From Octopus vulgaris (Eukaryota), in NCBI GenBank assembly GCA_951406725.2, contig OX597815.1, positions 211,172,001-211,236,000 of the forward strand: 64,000 nucleotides of DNA. Reading direction: 5' to 3'. Made by a program: the position numbers and the translations under genes. The notes under the pieces are model-generated. The model was given only the letters and a program-made list of their open reading frames with translations, had not been told where the DNA came from and did not search any database. How positions within the stretch are numbered: position 1 is the stretch's first letter; each line of letters begins with the position of its first letter. Of this stretch, positions 1 to 14,824 are shown piece by piece.

Positions 1-3000
1 CTACTTATTGTTATGCTTCTTCTTGTTGTACTTCTTCTTCTTGTTATGCTTCTTCTCATTGTGATGTTTCTTGTTGTTATGCTTCTGATTGTTATGCTTC
101 TTGTTATTATGCTTCTTAATAATATGCTTCTTATTGTTATAATTCTTATTGTTATGATTCTAATTGTTATGCTTCTTATTGTTATGCATCTTATTATATT
201 TATTATTATGCTTCTTATTATTATGCTTCTTCTTAATGTTATGCTTCTTATTATTAATATGCTTCTTATTGTTATAATTCTTCTTATTGTTATGCATCTT
301 CTTGTTGTACTTCTTGTTATGCTTCTTCTCATTGTGATGTTTCTTGTTATTATGCTTCTGATTGTAATGCTTCTTATTATTAATATGCTTCTTCTTATTG
401 GTATGCCACATCTTATTGTAATGCTTCTTCTTAGTTATGCTAATTGTTATGCATCTTCTCATTGTTATGCATCTTCTAATTGTTATGCTTCTTCTTATTG
501 TCATGCTTCTTATTATTTATATGCTTCTTATTGTTATGCCACAATTTATTATTATGCTTCTTCTTATTGTTATGCTTATTGTTATGCATCTTCTTATTGT
601 TATGCTTTTTCTGATTGTTATGCTTCTTATTGTTATGCCACATCTTATTGTTATGCTTATTGTTATGCCTCTTCTTATTGTTATGCATCTTCATATTGTT
701 ATGCCTCTTATTGTCATGCTTCTTATTATTAATATGCTTCTTATTGTTATGCCACATTTTATTATGCTTCTTATTGTGATGCTTGTTGTCATGTATCTTG
801 TTATGCATCTTCTTATTGTTATGCTTCTTCTTATTGTCATGCTTCTTATTAATATGCCTCTTATTGTTATGCCACATCTTATTGTTATGCTTCTTCTTGT
901 TATTATGCTTCTTCCTATTATGCTTCTTATTATTATTAAGCTTATTATTGTTATGCTGCTTCTTATTGTTATGCTTCTTATTATTATTATGCTTCTTATT
1001 GTTATGCTTATTAATATTATGCTTCTTATTATTATGCTTCTTATTATTATTAAGCTTATTATTGTTATGCTACTTCTTATTGTTATGCTACTTCTTATTC
1101 TTATGATTCTTATTATGCTTCTTATTATTATTATGCTTATTATGCTTCTTATTGTTATGCTACTTCTAATTATGTTTCTTATTACGCTTCATCTTATTGT
1201 TATGCTTCTTATTATTATGCTTCTTCTTAATGTTATGCTTCTCCTTATTGTTATAATTCTTCTTATTGTTATGATTCTAATTCTTATGCTTCTTATTGTT
1301 ATGCTTCTTATTATGTTTATTATTATTATTGTGCTTCTTCTCATTGTTATGCATCTTCTTGTTGTACTTCTTCTTCTTGTTATGCTTCTTATTGTGATGT
1401 TTCTTATTATTATTATGCTTCTTATTATGCTTATTATTATTATGCTTCTTCTTATTGTTATGATTCTTATTGTTATGCTTTTTGCTATGCCCTATTGTTA
1501 TGATTCTAATTGTTATGCTTCTTTTTATTGTTATAATTCTTCTTATTGTTATGCTTCTTCTTGTACTTCTTCTTCTTGTTATGCTTCTTCTCAATGTGAT
1601 GTTTCTTGTTGTTATGCTTCTGATTGTTATGCTTCTTATTATTAATATGCTTCTTCCTATTGTTATGCCACATCTTATTGTTATGCTTCTTCTTAGTTAT
1701 GCTAATTGTTATGCACCTTCTCATTGTTATGCATCTACTTATTGTTATGCTTCTTCTTGTTGTACTTCTTCTTCTTGTTATGCTTCTTCTCATTGTGATG
1801 TTTCTTGTTGTTATGCTTCTGATTGTTATGCTTCTTGTTATTATGCTTCTTAATAATATGCTTCTTATTGTTATAATTCTTATTGTTATGATTCTAATTG
1901 TTATGCTTCTTATTGTTATGCATCTTATTATATTTATTATTATGCTTCTTATTATTATGCTTCTTCTTAATGTTATGCTTCTTATTATTAATATGCTTCT
2001 TATTGTTATAATTCTTCTTATTGTTATGCATCTTCTTGTTGTACTTCTTGTTATGCTTCTTCTCATTGTGATGTTTCTTGTTATTATGCTTCTGATTGTA
2101 ATGCTTCTTATTATTAATATGCTTCTTCTTATTGGTATGCCACATCTTATTGTAATGCTTCTTCTTAGTTATGCTAATTGTTATGCATCTTCTCATTGTT
2201 ATGCATCTTCTAATTGTTATGCTTCTTCTTATTGTCATGCTTCTTATTATTTATATGCTTCTTATTGTTATGCCACAATTTATTATTATGCTTCTTCTTA
2301 TTGTTATGCTTATTGTTATGCATCCTCTTATTGTTATGCTTTTTCTGATTGTTATGCTTCTTATTGTTATGCCACATCTTATTGTTATGCTTATTGTTAT
2401 GCCTCTTCTTATTGTTATGCATCTTCATATTGTTATGCCTCTTCTTATTGTCATGCTTCTTATTATTAATATGCTTCTTATTGTTATGCCACATTTTATT
2501 ATGCTTCTTATTGTGATGCTTGTTGTCATGTATCTTCTTATGCATCTTCTTATTGTTATGCTTCTTCTTATTGTCATGCTTCTTATTAATATGCCTCTTA
2601 TTGTTATGCCACATCTTATTGTTATGCTTCTTCTTGTTATTATGCTTCTTCCTATTATGCTTCTTATTATTATTAAGCTTATTATTGTTATGCTACTTCT
2701 TATTGTCATGCTTCTTATTATTATGCTTCTTAATGTTATGCTTCTTCTTACTGTTATGCTTCTTATGTTAAGCTTCGTATTATTGTTATGCTTCTTATTC
2801 TTATGATTATTATTATGCTTATTATTATGCTTCTTATTGTTATGCTACTTCTAATTATGTTTCTTATTACGCTTCATCTTATTGTTATGCTTCTTATTAT
2901 TATGCTTCTTCTTAATGTTATGCTTCTCCTTATTGTTATAATTCTTCTTATTGTTATGATTCTAATTGTTATGCTTCTTATTGTTATGCTTCTTATTATG

Positions 3001-6000
3001 TTTATTATTATTATTGTGCTTCTTCTCATTGTTATGCATCTTCTTCTTGTACTTCTTCTTCTTGTTATGCTTCTTATTGTGATGTTTCTTATTATTATTA
3101 TGCTTCTTATTATGCTTATTATTATTATGCTTCTTCTTATTGTTATGATTCTTATTGTTATGCTTTTTGCTAGGCTCTATTGTTATGATTCTAATTGTTA
3201 TGCTTCTTTTTATTGTTATAATTCTTCTTATTGTTATGCTTCTTCTTGTTGTACTTCTTCTTCTTGTTATGCTTCTTCTCAATGTGATGTTTCTTGTTGT
3301 TATGCTTCTGATTGTTATGCTTCTTATTATTAATATGCTTCTTCTTATTGTTATGCCACATCTTATTGTTATGCTTCTTCTTAGTTATGCTAATTGTTAT
3401 GCACCTTCTCATTGTTATGCATCTACTTATTGTTATGCTTCTTCTTGTTGTACTTCTTCTTCTTGTTATGCTTCTTCTCATTGTGATGTTTCTTGTTGTT
3501 ATGCTTCTGATTGTTATGCTTCTTGTTATTATGCTTCTTCTTAATAATATGCTTCTTATTGTTATAATTCTTATTGTTATGATTCTAATTGTTATGCTTC
3601 TTCTTATTGTTATGCTTCTTATTATATTTATTATTATGCTTCTTATTATTATGCTTCTTCTTAATGTTATGCTTCTTATTATTAATATGCTTCTTCTTAT
3701 TGTTATAATTCTTCTTATTGTTATGCATCTTCTTGTTGTACTTCTTGTTATGCTTCTTCTCATTGTGATGTTTCTTGTTATTATGCTTCTGATTGTAATG
3801 CTTCTTATTATTAATATGCTTCTTCTTATTGGTATGCCACATCTTATTGTAATGCTTCTTCTTAGTTATGCTAATTGTTATGCATCTTCTCATTGTTATG
3901 CATCTTCTAATTGTTATGCTTCTTCTTATTGTCATGCTTCTTATTATTTATATGCTTCTTATTGTTATGCCACAATTTATTATGCTTCTTCTTATTGTTA
4001 TTCTTATTGTTATGCATCCTCTTATTGTTATGCTTGTTATTGTTATGCCACATCTTATTGTTATGCTTATTGTTATGCCTCTTCTTATTGTTATGCATCT
4101 TCATATTGTTATGCCTCTTCTTATTGTCATGCTTCTTATTATTAATATGCTTCTTATTGTTATGCCACATTTTATTATGCTTCTTATTGTGATGCTTATT
4201 GTCATGTATCTTCTTATTCTTATGCATCTTCTTATTGTTATGCTTCTTCTTATTGTCATGCTTCTTATTATTAATATGCCTCTTATTGTTATGCCACATC
4301 TTATTGTTATGCTTCTTCTTGTTATTATGCTTCTTCCTATTATGCTTCTTATTATTATTAAGCTTATTATTGTTATGCTACTTCTTATTGTTATGCTTCT
4401 TATTATTATTATGCTTATTAATATTATGCTTCTTATTATTATTATGCTTCTTAATGTTATGCTTCTTCTTATTGTCATGCTTCTTTTTATTATGCTTCTT
4501 AATGTTATGCTTCTTCTTACTGTTATGCTTCTTCTTATGTTAAGCTTCGTATTATTGTTATGCTTCTTATTCTTATGATTATTATTATGCTTCTTATTAT
4601 TATTATGCTTATTATGCTTCTTATTGTTATGCTACTTCTAATTATGTTTCTTATTACGCTTCATCTTATTGTTATGCTTCTTATTATTATGCTTCTTCTT
4701 AATGTTATGCTTCTTCTTATTAATATGCTTCTTATTGTTATAATTCTTCTTATTGTTATGCTTCTTATGTTTATAATGCTTCTTCTTAATGTTATGCTTC
4801 TTCTTATTAATATGCTTCTTATTGTTATAATTCTTCTTATTGTTATGCATCTTCTTGCTGTACCTCTTCTTGTTATGCTTCTTCTTATTATGATGTTTCT
4901 TATTGTTATGCTTCTTATTATTAATATGCTCCTTTTTATTGTTATGCCACATCTTATTATTATGCTTCTTCTTAGTTATGCTTATTGTTATGCATCTTCT
5001 TATTGTCAGGCTTCTTATTAATATGCTTCTTATTATTATGGTTCTTATTATTATTATGCTTCGTATTGTTATGCTTATTAATATTATGCTTTTTATTATT
5101 ATGCTTCTTATTGTCATGCTTCTTCGTATTTTCATGCTTCTTGTTATTAATATGCTTATTGTTATGCCACTTTTTATTGTTATGCTTCTTATTATGTTAA
5201 GCTTCGTATTATTGTTATGCTACTTATTGTTATGCTTCTTATTATGCTTCTTCTGATTGTTATGCTTATTATTATTATGCTTCTTATTGTTATGCTACTT
5301 CGTATTATGTTTCTTATTACACTTCATCTTATTATGTTTCTTTTTATGTTTATTATTATTATTGTGCTTCTCATTGTTATGCATCTTCTACTTGTACTTC
5401 TTGTTATGCTTCTTATTGTGATGTTCCTTATTATTATTATGCCTCTTATTGTTATGCATCTTATGATTATTATTATTATGCTTCTCAGTATGATGCTTCT
5501 TATGCTTCTTATTGTTATGCATCTTCTTGTTATGCTTCTTCTTATTGTGATGTTTCTTATTGTTATGCTTCGGATTGTTATGCTACTTATTATTAATATT
5601 CTTCTTATTGTTATGCTTTTTATTATTATTATGCTTCTTATAATTATTATGCTTCTTATTGTTATGCTTCTTATTATTATGCTTCTTATTGTTATGATTC
5701 TAATTATGCTTCTTATGCTTATTATTATTGTGCTTCTTCTCATTGTTATGTATCTTGTACTTCTTGTTATGCTTCTTATGGTGATGCTTCTTTTCTTGTT
5801 ATGCTTCTTATTGTTATACTTATTATTATAATGCTTCATCTCATTGTTATGCTTCTTTTTATGGTTATTCTTTTTATTGTTTCTTATTGTTAGGCTTCTT
5901 ATTGTTTTCTTATTGTTAGGCTTCTTATTGTCATGCTTCTTATTGTTATGCTTATTATTATGCTTCATCTTTTTATAATTCTTATTGTTATGCTTCTTAT

Positions 6001-7600
6001 TAATATGCTACTTATTATGTTTATTATTATTGTGCTTCTCATTGTTATGCATCTTATTGTACTTCTTATGCTTCTTATTATGATGTTTATTATGCTTATT
6101 ATTATGCTTCTTTTATTGTTATGCTTTTTCTTATGCTTATGCTTCTTATTGTTATGGTTCTTATTGTTATGCTTCTTTTCTTGTTATGCTTCTTATTGTT
6201 ATACTTATTATTATTATTATGCTTCATCATTGTTATGCTTCTTATAATGCTTCTTATGATTCTTTTTATTATTATGCTTCCTATTATTGTTATGCTTATT
6301 ATTGTTATGCTACGTATCGTTCTGCTTTTTCTTATGCTTCTTTTTCTTATGCTTCTTATTGTGCTTATTATCATGCTTTTTGTTATTGTTATGCTTCTTT
6401 TTATGCTTCTTTTTATTGTTATGCTTATTGTTATGCTTCTTATTATGCTTCTTAATATTGTTATGCTTATTATTATTATACTTCTTATGCTTCTTTTTAT
6501 ACTTATTCTTTTTATTGTTATGCTTCTTATACTATTTGTTATGCTTCTGATTATGCTTCTTATTGTTATGCTGCTTATTATTATGATGCTTCTTCTTAGA
6601 AGACGCATAAGAAGCATAATAATAAGTAGCATAAAAATAATAACCATAATAAGAAAAAGCATTATAAGTATAATAATAAGCATAATAAGAAGCATAACAA
6701 TAAGATTATTGTTATGCTTCTTCTTATTGTTATGCTTTTTCTTATTGTTATGCTTCCTCTTATGCTTATTATTATAATGATTATTATGCTTATTATTAAG
6801 CTTCTTATTGTTATGCTTCTTATTATGATTCTTATTATTATGCTTATTATCATTATACTTATTATTTTTTGGGGTATTATTATTCTTATTATTATGCTTC
6901 TTATGCTTCCTATTATGCTTCTCAATATTATTATGCTTCTTCTTATTATTATGCCTCTTATTGTTATGCTTCTTTTTATACTATTTCTTATGCTTTATTC
7001 TTATTTTTATGCTTCTTGTTATGCTTCTCATTAAGAAGCATAATAATAAGCATAAGGAGAAGCATAACAAAAAAAGATGCATAATAAGAAGAATCATTAC
7101 AATAAGAAGCATAATAATTATAAGAAGCATAACGATAAGAAGCATAACAATAAGAAGCATAACGATAAGAAGCAACATGACAATAAGAAGACGCATAATA
7201 AGAAGCATAGTAATAACCATAAGAATAAGCATACCAATAAGAAGCATAATAAGAATAAGCACAATAAGAAAAATAAGCATAATAATACGAATAATAATAT
7301 GAATAATAATATGAATAACAATAATAAGCATAATGATACGAATAATTATAATAATAAGCATAATAATAATACGAATAATAATAATAAGCTTAATACGAAT
7401 AATAATAAGCATAATGATACGATTAATAATGATACGAATAATAATAATAATAATAAGCATAATAATATGAATAACAATTATAATAAGCATAATAATACGA
7501 ATAATAATAATAAGCATAATGATACGAATAATAATAATAATATGAATAACAATAATAAGCATAATAATAATACGAATAATAATAAGCATAATAATACAAA
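1..7600. repeat. Complex trinucleotide-derived satellite (core ttattgttatgcttc / aagcataa) with ~1.7 kb higher-order repeat and internal inversions
   Basis: Built from tat/tgt/gct/tct words. The landmark ctacttattgttatgcttcttcttgttgtacttc recurs at 1, 1735 and 3423. Reverse-complement tracts (aagaagcataa) occur at ~6596-6703 and ~7033-7600. Confidence 0.95.
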
Positions 7601-7793
7601 TCATCATCATCATCGTCGTTTAACGTCCGTTCTCCATGCTAGCATGGGTTGGACGGTTCGACCGGGGTTCTGGGAAGCCAGAAGGCTGCACCAGGCTCCA
7701 GTCTAATCTGGCAATGTTTCTACAGCTGGATGCCCTTCCTAACGCCAACCACTCCGTGAGTGTAGTGGGTGCTTTTTACGTGCCACCTGCACG
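7601..7793 (-). mobile_element. 5'-truncated retroposon 3' tail (family C, RTE-related) with (GAT)n tail
   Basis: catcatcatcgtcgtttaacgtccg...ggatgcccttcctaacgccaaccactcc, shared with at least 7 other copies in the window. Confidence 0.85.
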
Positions 7794-8779
7794 TAATAAT
7801 AATAATAAGCATAATGATCCGAATAATAATAATAAGCATAATGATAATACGAATAATAATAATAAGCATAATGATAATACGAATAATAATAATAAGCATA
7901 ATGATACGAATAATAATAATAAGCATAATAATAATACGAATAATAATAATAAGCATAATGATACGAATAATAATAATAAGCATAATGATACGAATAATAA
8001 TAATAAGCATAATGATCCGAATAATAATAATAAGCATAATAATAATACGAATAATAATAATAAGCATAATGATACGAATAATAATAATAATAATAAGCAT
8101 AATAATAATACGAATAATAATAATAAGCATAATGATACGAATAATAATAATAAGCATAATGATCCGAATAATAATAATAAGCATAATAATAATACGAATA
8201 ATAATAAGCATAATAATACGAATAATAATAATAAGCATAATGATCCGAATAATAATAATAAGCATAATAATAATACGAATAATAATAATAAGCATAATGA
8301 TACGAATAATAATAAGCATAATGATACGAATAATAATAATAAGCATAATAATAATACGAATAATAATAATAAGCATAATGATACGAATAATAATAATAAG
8401 CATAATGATACGAATAATAATAATAAGCATAATGATACGAATAATAATAATAAGCATAATGATACGAATAATAATAATAAGCATAATGATACGAATAATA
8501 ATAATAAGCATAATGATCCGAATAATAATAATAAGCATAATAATAATACGAATAATAATAATAAGCATAATGATCCGAATAATAATAAGCATAATAATAA
8601 TACGAATAATAATAATAAGCATAATGATACGAATAATAATAATAAGCATAATGATACGAATAATAATAATAAGCATAATGATACGAATAATAATAATAAG
8701 CATAATGATCCGAATAATAATAAGCATAATAATAATACGAATAATAATAATAAGCATAATGATCCGAATAATAATAAGC

Positions 8780-8810
<31 letters not shown>

Positions 8811-8840
8811 TACGAATAATAATAATAAGCATAATGATAC

Positions 8841-8876
<36 letters not shown>

Positions 8877-9240
8877 GCATAATAATACGAATAATAATAA
8901 TAAGCATAATAATACGAATAATAATAATAATAATGATACGAATAATAATAATAAGCATAATAATACGAATAATAATAATAAGCATAATGATCCGAATAAT
9001 AATAATAAGCATAATAATAATACGAATAATAATATTAATAATAAGCATAATGATACGAATAATAATAATAATAATAATAAGCATAATGATACGAATAATA
9101 ATAATAATAAGCATAATAATAATACGAATAATAATGATACGAATAATAATAATAATAATAAGCATAATAATATGAATACGAATAATAATAAGCATAATAA
9201 TAATACGAATAATAATAATAATAAGCATAATAATAATAAC
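7794..9240. repeat. Minisatellite with ~24 bp unit aataataataagcataatgat(a/c)cg
   Basis: Directly visible tandem array. Units vary by (aat) copy number and share the aagcataa core with the upstream satellite. Confidence 0.95.
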
Positions 9241-9679
9241 AGGGATATATTTAATGACAATATCATAGCTATTTATTTGCAAGACAGTAATGTATTGTAG
9301 CAACTGCTTTGTCAAATTTTTTGTAATTTTCGCCATCAGTTAAAAGTTCTACTTCAGGAATACAATGTCTCTTGTTATGGATGTATTCAGTTCCATAGCA
9401 ACATCACCAGTTGCTGCTGTGTTATATGGCCACAACTAAAGCAGTCAGTCATCCACCAGAAGATTATATTCTTGCCACAATTGTATTAGGTGCTAATTTT
9501 GCTATTAATACATGCATACGTGTGTGTGTATGTCTGTGTGTGATGATTAGGGCTGAATTGAAACAATTGTAGGATTATAATTTTTATGCTATATAATAAT
9601 AATAGTAGTAGTAGTAATAATATATGTTAATAAATTAAAATGTGTCAATTGTAAATCTCCATTTTCTTTTCATTTATAT

Positions 9680-10085
9680 TATATATATATATAATGAATG
9701 TATATAAGTATATATGTGTGTATATATATATATAATGAATGTATATAAGTATATACGTGTGTATATATATATAATGAATGTATATAAGTATATACGTGTG
9801 TATATATATATGAATGTATATAAGTATATACATGTGTAAATATATATATATATATATATATATATAATGAATGTATATAAGTATATATGTATGTGTATAT
9901 ATATATATAATGAATGTATATAAGTATATACGTGTGTATATATATATAATGAATGTATATAAGTATATACGTATATATATATAATGAATGTATATAAGTA
10001 TATATGTGTATATATATGTATATATATATAGTGTATGTATATAATTGTATATATGTAGATGTATGTGTGTGTACGTATATATATA
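9680..10085. repeat. (TA)n-derived minisatellite (ataatgaatgtatataagtatatacgtgtg + (ta)n)
   Basis: About 8 visible tandem units. Confidence 0.85.
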
Positions 10086-11614
10086 GTTATTTCATTCAAT
10101 TGCACCTGTACTGAATCAAAGAGTTTACTAATATTGTTGAATCTCTTTAAACCATTCCTCTTGAAACAAACAAGTAAACCAGAGCAGTGGAGAATAATGG
10201 TCCTTCCTGACTAGACACATAGACTGATGATGTTTTATTCATCATTTTGTGGTTCTAAACATTTCTTTAGCTCGTCAAACATTGGAAACAGTTGATTGAT
10301 CAATCAAAGGTGGCATTTCATTGGTCTATTGAAGTTCGTAAATATTCCCTTGGTTTATGACTTAAAACGTCAATTCTTTGTTGGTTTTGACATTATTTTA
10401 AAGACTGTTAAGCAACTCACTTGTAATGTTCTTTTTTTTATGTTCTAGCAGAAAATATAAACCTACACACACACACACATATATATATTCATATATATTC
10501 ACACACATACAAAAACAGATTTGTTTTACCCAAAAAAGCTGAATTACAATTAAAAGAATTGGTAGGTGTTATTGCCAGTAATATTACACAAGTGAATTCA
10601 AAGACCTAGCCTCGAATGATGTAACAGGGCTATTAATAATAACAACAATTTGATGGTAGTAAACATTTCATTGATTTGTTGATAGTTGTAGACATTTTAT
10701 TGGTCTCTGGGTGATTCTAGCTATTTGATTGTCTGAACATTGCTCTGATCATTTCCTTCCTTCATGGATGGCTAAACACATTTTCATATTTCTACAGTGC
10801 ACCAGCCAATATTTTTGTACATATAGTAATGATATTTCTATAGCATATTTTCAATGAGTTTCTTTGAGTATTGAAACTTGTCTGTGTGAGCATTTTGTCA
10901 ATGCTCACAAGTGTCTGTGCATTTTACAAATCTGTTTGTAAACGTAGTCTTTAGATTAGTTTGCTCATGGCTTTAGGTATATTTATTTTGATATCGTTAT
11001 ATCTTCAACTGTTTCTCTGAGTTTATACGTATTTATACATGTGTGCATACTTGAGAGACATCACATCATCTTTTTTCTTTCATTTTGTCTTCTTTTAGTT
11101 TCTCATAGACATTATTCTACTTGATATGTTATTTCAAGCTCTAAGTGGACAATTATCAATATTTTAGTTGCTGTATTGATGCTTTCTTAAAATCAATGAG
11201 AATATTTTGCAACTTTCAAGTTATATATCATACATGTTATGGTTATTTTCAAAGCCACTTTGTTTCAGTCATTTTCGCCATCTCTTTGCCACTACATATA
11301 ATAATAGCATTGGTTGGTAATCTTTCTTTTATCGTTTTGCTAAGTTAGCAGTGTTCAAAAAAAGTTATGGTGAATATAAGGATGATTGTATCAGGATTGT
11401 TCTCTTTAGACAAAAACCATAAAGTAAAATTACGCATGTAAGCTTGTAGCATATAGGACTGACTTAAATATATTACAGCTTGGCAGAATGAAAATTCAAA
11501 ACAATTTAAGCTTAAACCTGCAAAGCTGTCAAACTTTGGATCAGGTAAACCACTCGGTATAACTTCACTAACACAATCAAGGCCATCATTCTAATAGCAA
11601 TGAATAATAGTAAT

Positions 11615-11747
11615 TCAACTCTAGACACAAGGCCTGAAATTCTGGGGAAGGATGCTAGTCGATTACATCGACCCCAGTGCATAATTGGTACCTATTTCAT
11701 TGACTCCCAAAAGGATGAAAGGCAAAGTTGACCTTGGTGGAATTTTA
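11615..11747 (-). mobile_element. tRNA-derived SINE family B fragment
   Basis: gattacatcgaccccagtgc...aaaggatgaaaggcaaagttgacc matches the reverse complement of the 27190 copy. Confidence 0.75.
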
Positions 11748-11994
11748 ATATAATACTGTAACTTTAATATCACTCTATCATCTTATAATAAAATTACTTT
11801 TTAGAAGAAACTTCTAATTGTCTTATGTTTTTACAGACATTCCCTAGAACAATACTTTGAGCAAAACCAAAAATATGGCTCCCTAGTCATAACACCAACT
11901 TGAATTTCTAAATTGAGCTCTCTGGCTGAGACTTCAAGTTAACTTGTACAAAGCAAAAGCCAAACATATATTTGATAATAATAATAATAATGAT

Positions 11995-12190
11995 TGAAAT
12001 TTTGGCACAAGGCCAGCAAGTTTAGGGGAAAGGTAAGTCAGTTACATCAACCCCGGTTCTCACCTGGTACTAATATTATCAACCCGGAAAGGATGAAAGG
12101 CAAAGTTCACCTCAGCTGGATTTAAAGATGGACAAAAATGCTGCTAATCATTTGTCCTGGTGTTCTAACGATTTTGCCAGCTCACCACGA
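11995..12190 (-). mobile_element. tRNA-derived SINE family B, diverged
   Basis: ggaaaggatgaaaggcaaagttcacctc...ttgccagctcacc. Confidence 0.75.
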
Positions 12191-12774
12191 AATAATAATA
12201 ACAGTAATTATAATAATTTCTTTCATGTTGTCTAAAACCACAAATTTCAAAGAGGCGGGTGTAGCCAGTTTATTTAACCCCAGTACTAGAAGCACAAGTA
12301 CGAAAGGCAAGTTTCAACAACAGTGTCCAAAGATATAAAAGCATTGAGACATAACTGTGTATTGCAAAGCATATTTATCCAGCACGTTACTGATTCTGAA
12401 CCATCACATGTCTAATAATAATAATAATAATTATGATAATAATTATAATGACTAAAAATAATAATGACAACAGCATTAATAGTATCAAAAACAATTTCAA
12501 TAATAAAAGAAAGGAAAATGTGAGATAAATGTGAGGCAATACATAGGGAGCAAAAGAGAGTGACACCCATATACCAATGCTGGATAGAGTGCCAGAGCAT
12601 GCTTACTGTATATATTGTTGTGTTAATACAGTGCGAAATGCATGTCGACAAAATAAAATTAAATGTAAAACAAAGACTTACATATATATATATATATTGA
12701 TATATATATAAAATATAATATGTGAGTGAATGTGTATATTATACACATTCTTTTACTGGATGCAGGCAACTAGC

Positions 12775-13480
12775 TGTGTGTGTGTATATATATATCAAAT
12801 GTGTGTGTGTGTGTGCAAATATATATATATATCAAATGTGTGTATGTATATATATATTAAATGTATATATATATATATATGTGTGAATATATTAAATGTA
12901 TATATATATGTGTATATAAATATATATATATACGTATATATACATATCAAATGTATATATGTGTATATATATTATCAAATGTGCATATATGTGTGTGTAT
13001 ATATATATATATTATCAAATGTCTATGTATTATATGTATATATATATCAAATGTCTGTATTATATGTATATATCAAATGTCTATGTATTATATGTATGTA
13101 TATATATATATCAAATGTCTATGTATTATGTGTATATATATATCAAATGTACACATATGTATGTATATATATATCAAATGTACATATATATGTATGTATA
13201 TATATATATATCAAATGTACATATATATGTAGGTATATATATATATATCAAATGTACATATATATGTAGGTATATATATATATATCAAATCTATTTGTAT
13301 ATAGTATATATATGTGTATATAAATATATTATATATATATTATGATATATACTATATACATATATATCATACACATATATCATATATATTATACACATGT
13401 ATGATATATATCATACACATGATATATCATACATATGATATATATATAATGTATATTTTATGCATATATATATATTATAG
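12775..13480. repeat. (TA)n-derived minisatellite (tatatatcaaatgt core)
   Basis: Repeated atatcaaatgt separated by TA/TG runs. Confidence 0.85.
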
Positions 13481-13948
13481 ATATCTTATACCCACACACA
13501 CATGAGAAAACATGTTTTAATACATATGTATGATGCATATGTATTTTAGTGTTCATATCTGGATTGCTCCAAAATGGAGTCCGTTACTGGAGTCCTTTCT
13601 CATTTTTTTTTCCTCCATATTTTTCTCCAATATTTAACTTATTTTTGACATGACATTTACTTTAGCAATGTTTCTATAAATAGACATTTTTCTTTTTTTT
13701 TCCTTTTCCGTTTTGCATCCTAAAATGATTTAGTCAATTGTTTTATTTTTGTTTCCAATGTTTTCAATTTTTTGTTCACATTTTGTCTGTGATATAGTGA
13801 ATATCATATATTTTTGAAATTTAAGTTTGATTTTTTTTTTTTTTCAATTTTATATTTTAACTTTTTAAATATTTTTCACCAATTTTTTTGCAATAAATCT
13901 GTGACAAAAACTAATTGAAAATAAAAAAAAAGGAAAAGATTTGGGCCA

Positions 13949-14112
13949 TCATGACCGTATACGGTTGCGCTTTCTAGAATTTATGCTGATTCCTTGACAT
14001 GTATTACAGCAGATTTGGTTGACGAAGACATGCTTGCAGCGACCTCTTTCCCTGAGCTTGCGACATAAGTTAAGATTTTCGTTTTCAGGTTTCCCACATT
14101 TAAAAGAATTGC
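13949..14112 (-). CDS. Terminal coding exon of an ADAMTS/ADAMTS-like gene, PLAC domain
   Basis: Acceptor ttctctttctttattaacag|, phase 1. Encodes (R)NSFKCGKPENENLNLCRKLRERGRCKHVFVNQICCNTCQGISINSRKRNRIRS*, a 6-Cys pattern ending in CCxTC typical of PLAC. Phase matches the 47122 exon. Confidence 0.9.
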
Positions 14113-14374
14113 CTGTTAATAAAGAAAGAGAAAAGAATATACAGAAATGATCTTAAAAAATTAATTAAATTATAAATAAAACAGTTTTTGTTTGAGGGTC
14201 AAAAGGATATGTTCTAAATTAATTTCAATGATTTTCAGAAAAAGAAAAAAAATTATTTATTACTTTCTTAGTTGCTTTAAATGATTTCATGTAAAATGCA
14301 AAATTTCAAATGTTTGTTCACTTGATTTGATCGTTCATTTAGTTATCATTATAATAAAAATAATAATTATTATT

Positions 14375-14810
14375 AAGGCAGCAAGCTGACAGAATCATTA
14401 AAACGCCAAGCAAAATGCTTTGTGGAATTTCATCTGTCTTTACATTCTGAGTTCAAATTCCACCAATATCCACTTTGCCTTTCCTCCTTTTGGGGTCAAT
14501 AAAATGAGTACCAGTTGAGAATTGGAGTTGATGTAATTGACTCCTTCCCTTCCCTAAACTTACTGGCCTTCTGCCAAAATTTGAAATCATTATTATTAAG
14601 GTTGTACACTGGATAAATTATTTAGCAGCATTTCATCCAGCACCTTACATTCTGAGTTCAAATTCTACCAAGGATGACATTGCCTTTCATCCTTTTGAGA
14701 TTGATAAAATAAGTACCAGTTGAGCACTGGGGTTGATGTAATCATCTAGCCTCCCTATCCCTTAAAATCCTTAAAATTGCTGGCTTTGTGCCAAAATTTG
14801 AAACAATTAT
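14375..14810 (+). mobile_element. Two tandem family B SINE copies
   Basis: Each has gagttcaaattc (B-box) and a gccttt...cctttt...agtaccag central domain. Confidence 0.8.
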
Positions 14811-14824
14811 TATTATCATGAGAG

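Noticed and set aside
13-7613. Many long ORFs (Leu/Ile/Met-rich, CYAS-rich, KKHNN-rich) resembling membrane or structural proteins
   Set aside because: They are open in several frames on both strands because the satellite is built from stop-poor triplets. Composition switches frame mid-ORF, and there are no splice or domain signals.
7636-9336. 554-aa Asn/His-rich ORF and overlapping ~470-540 aa ORFs
   Set aside because: Translation of a 24-bp minisatellite starting inside a retroposon fragment; four frames are open at once.
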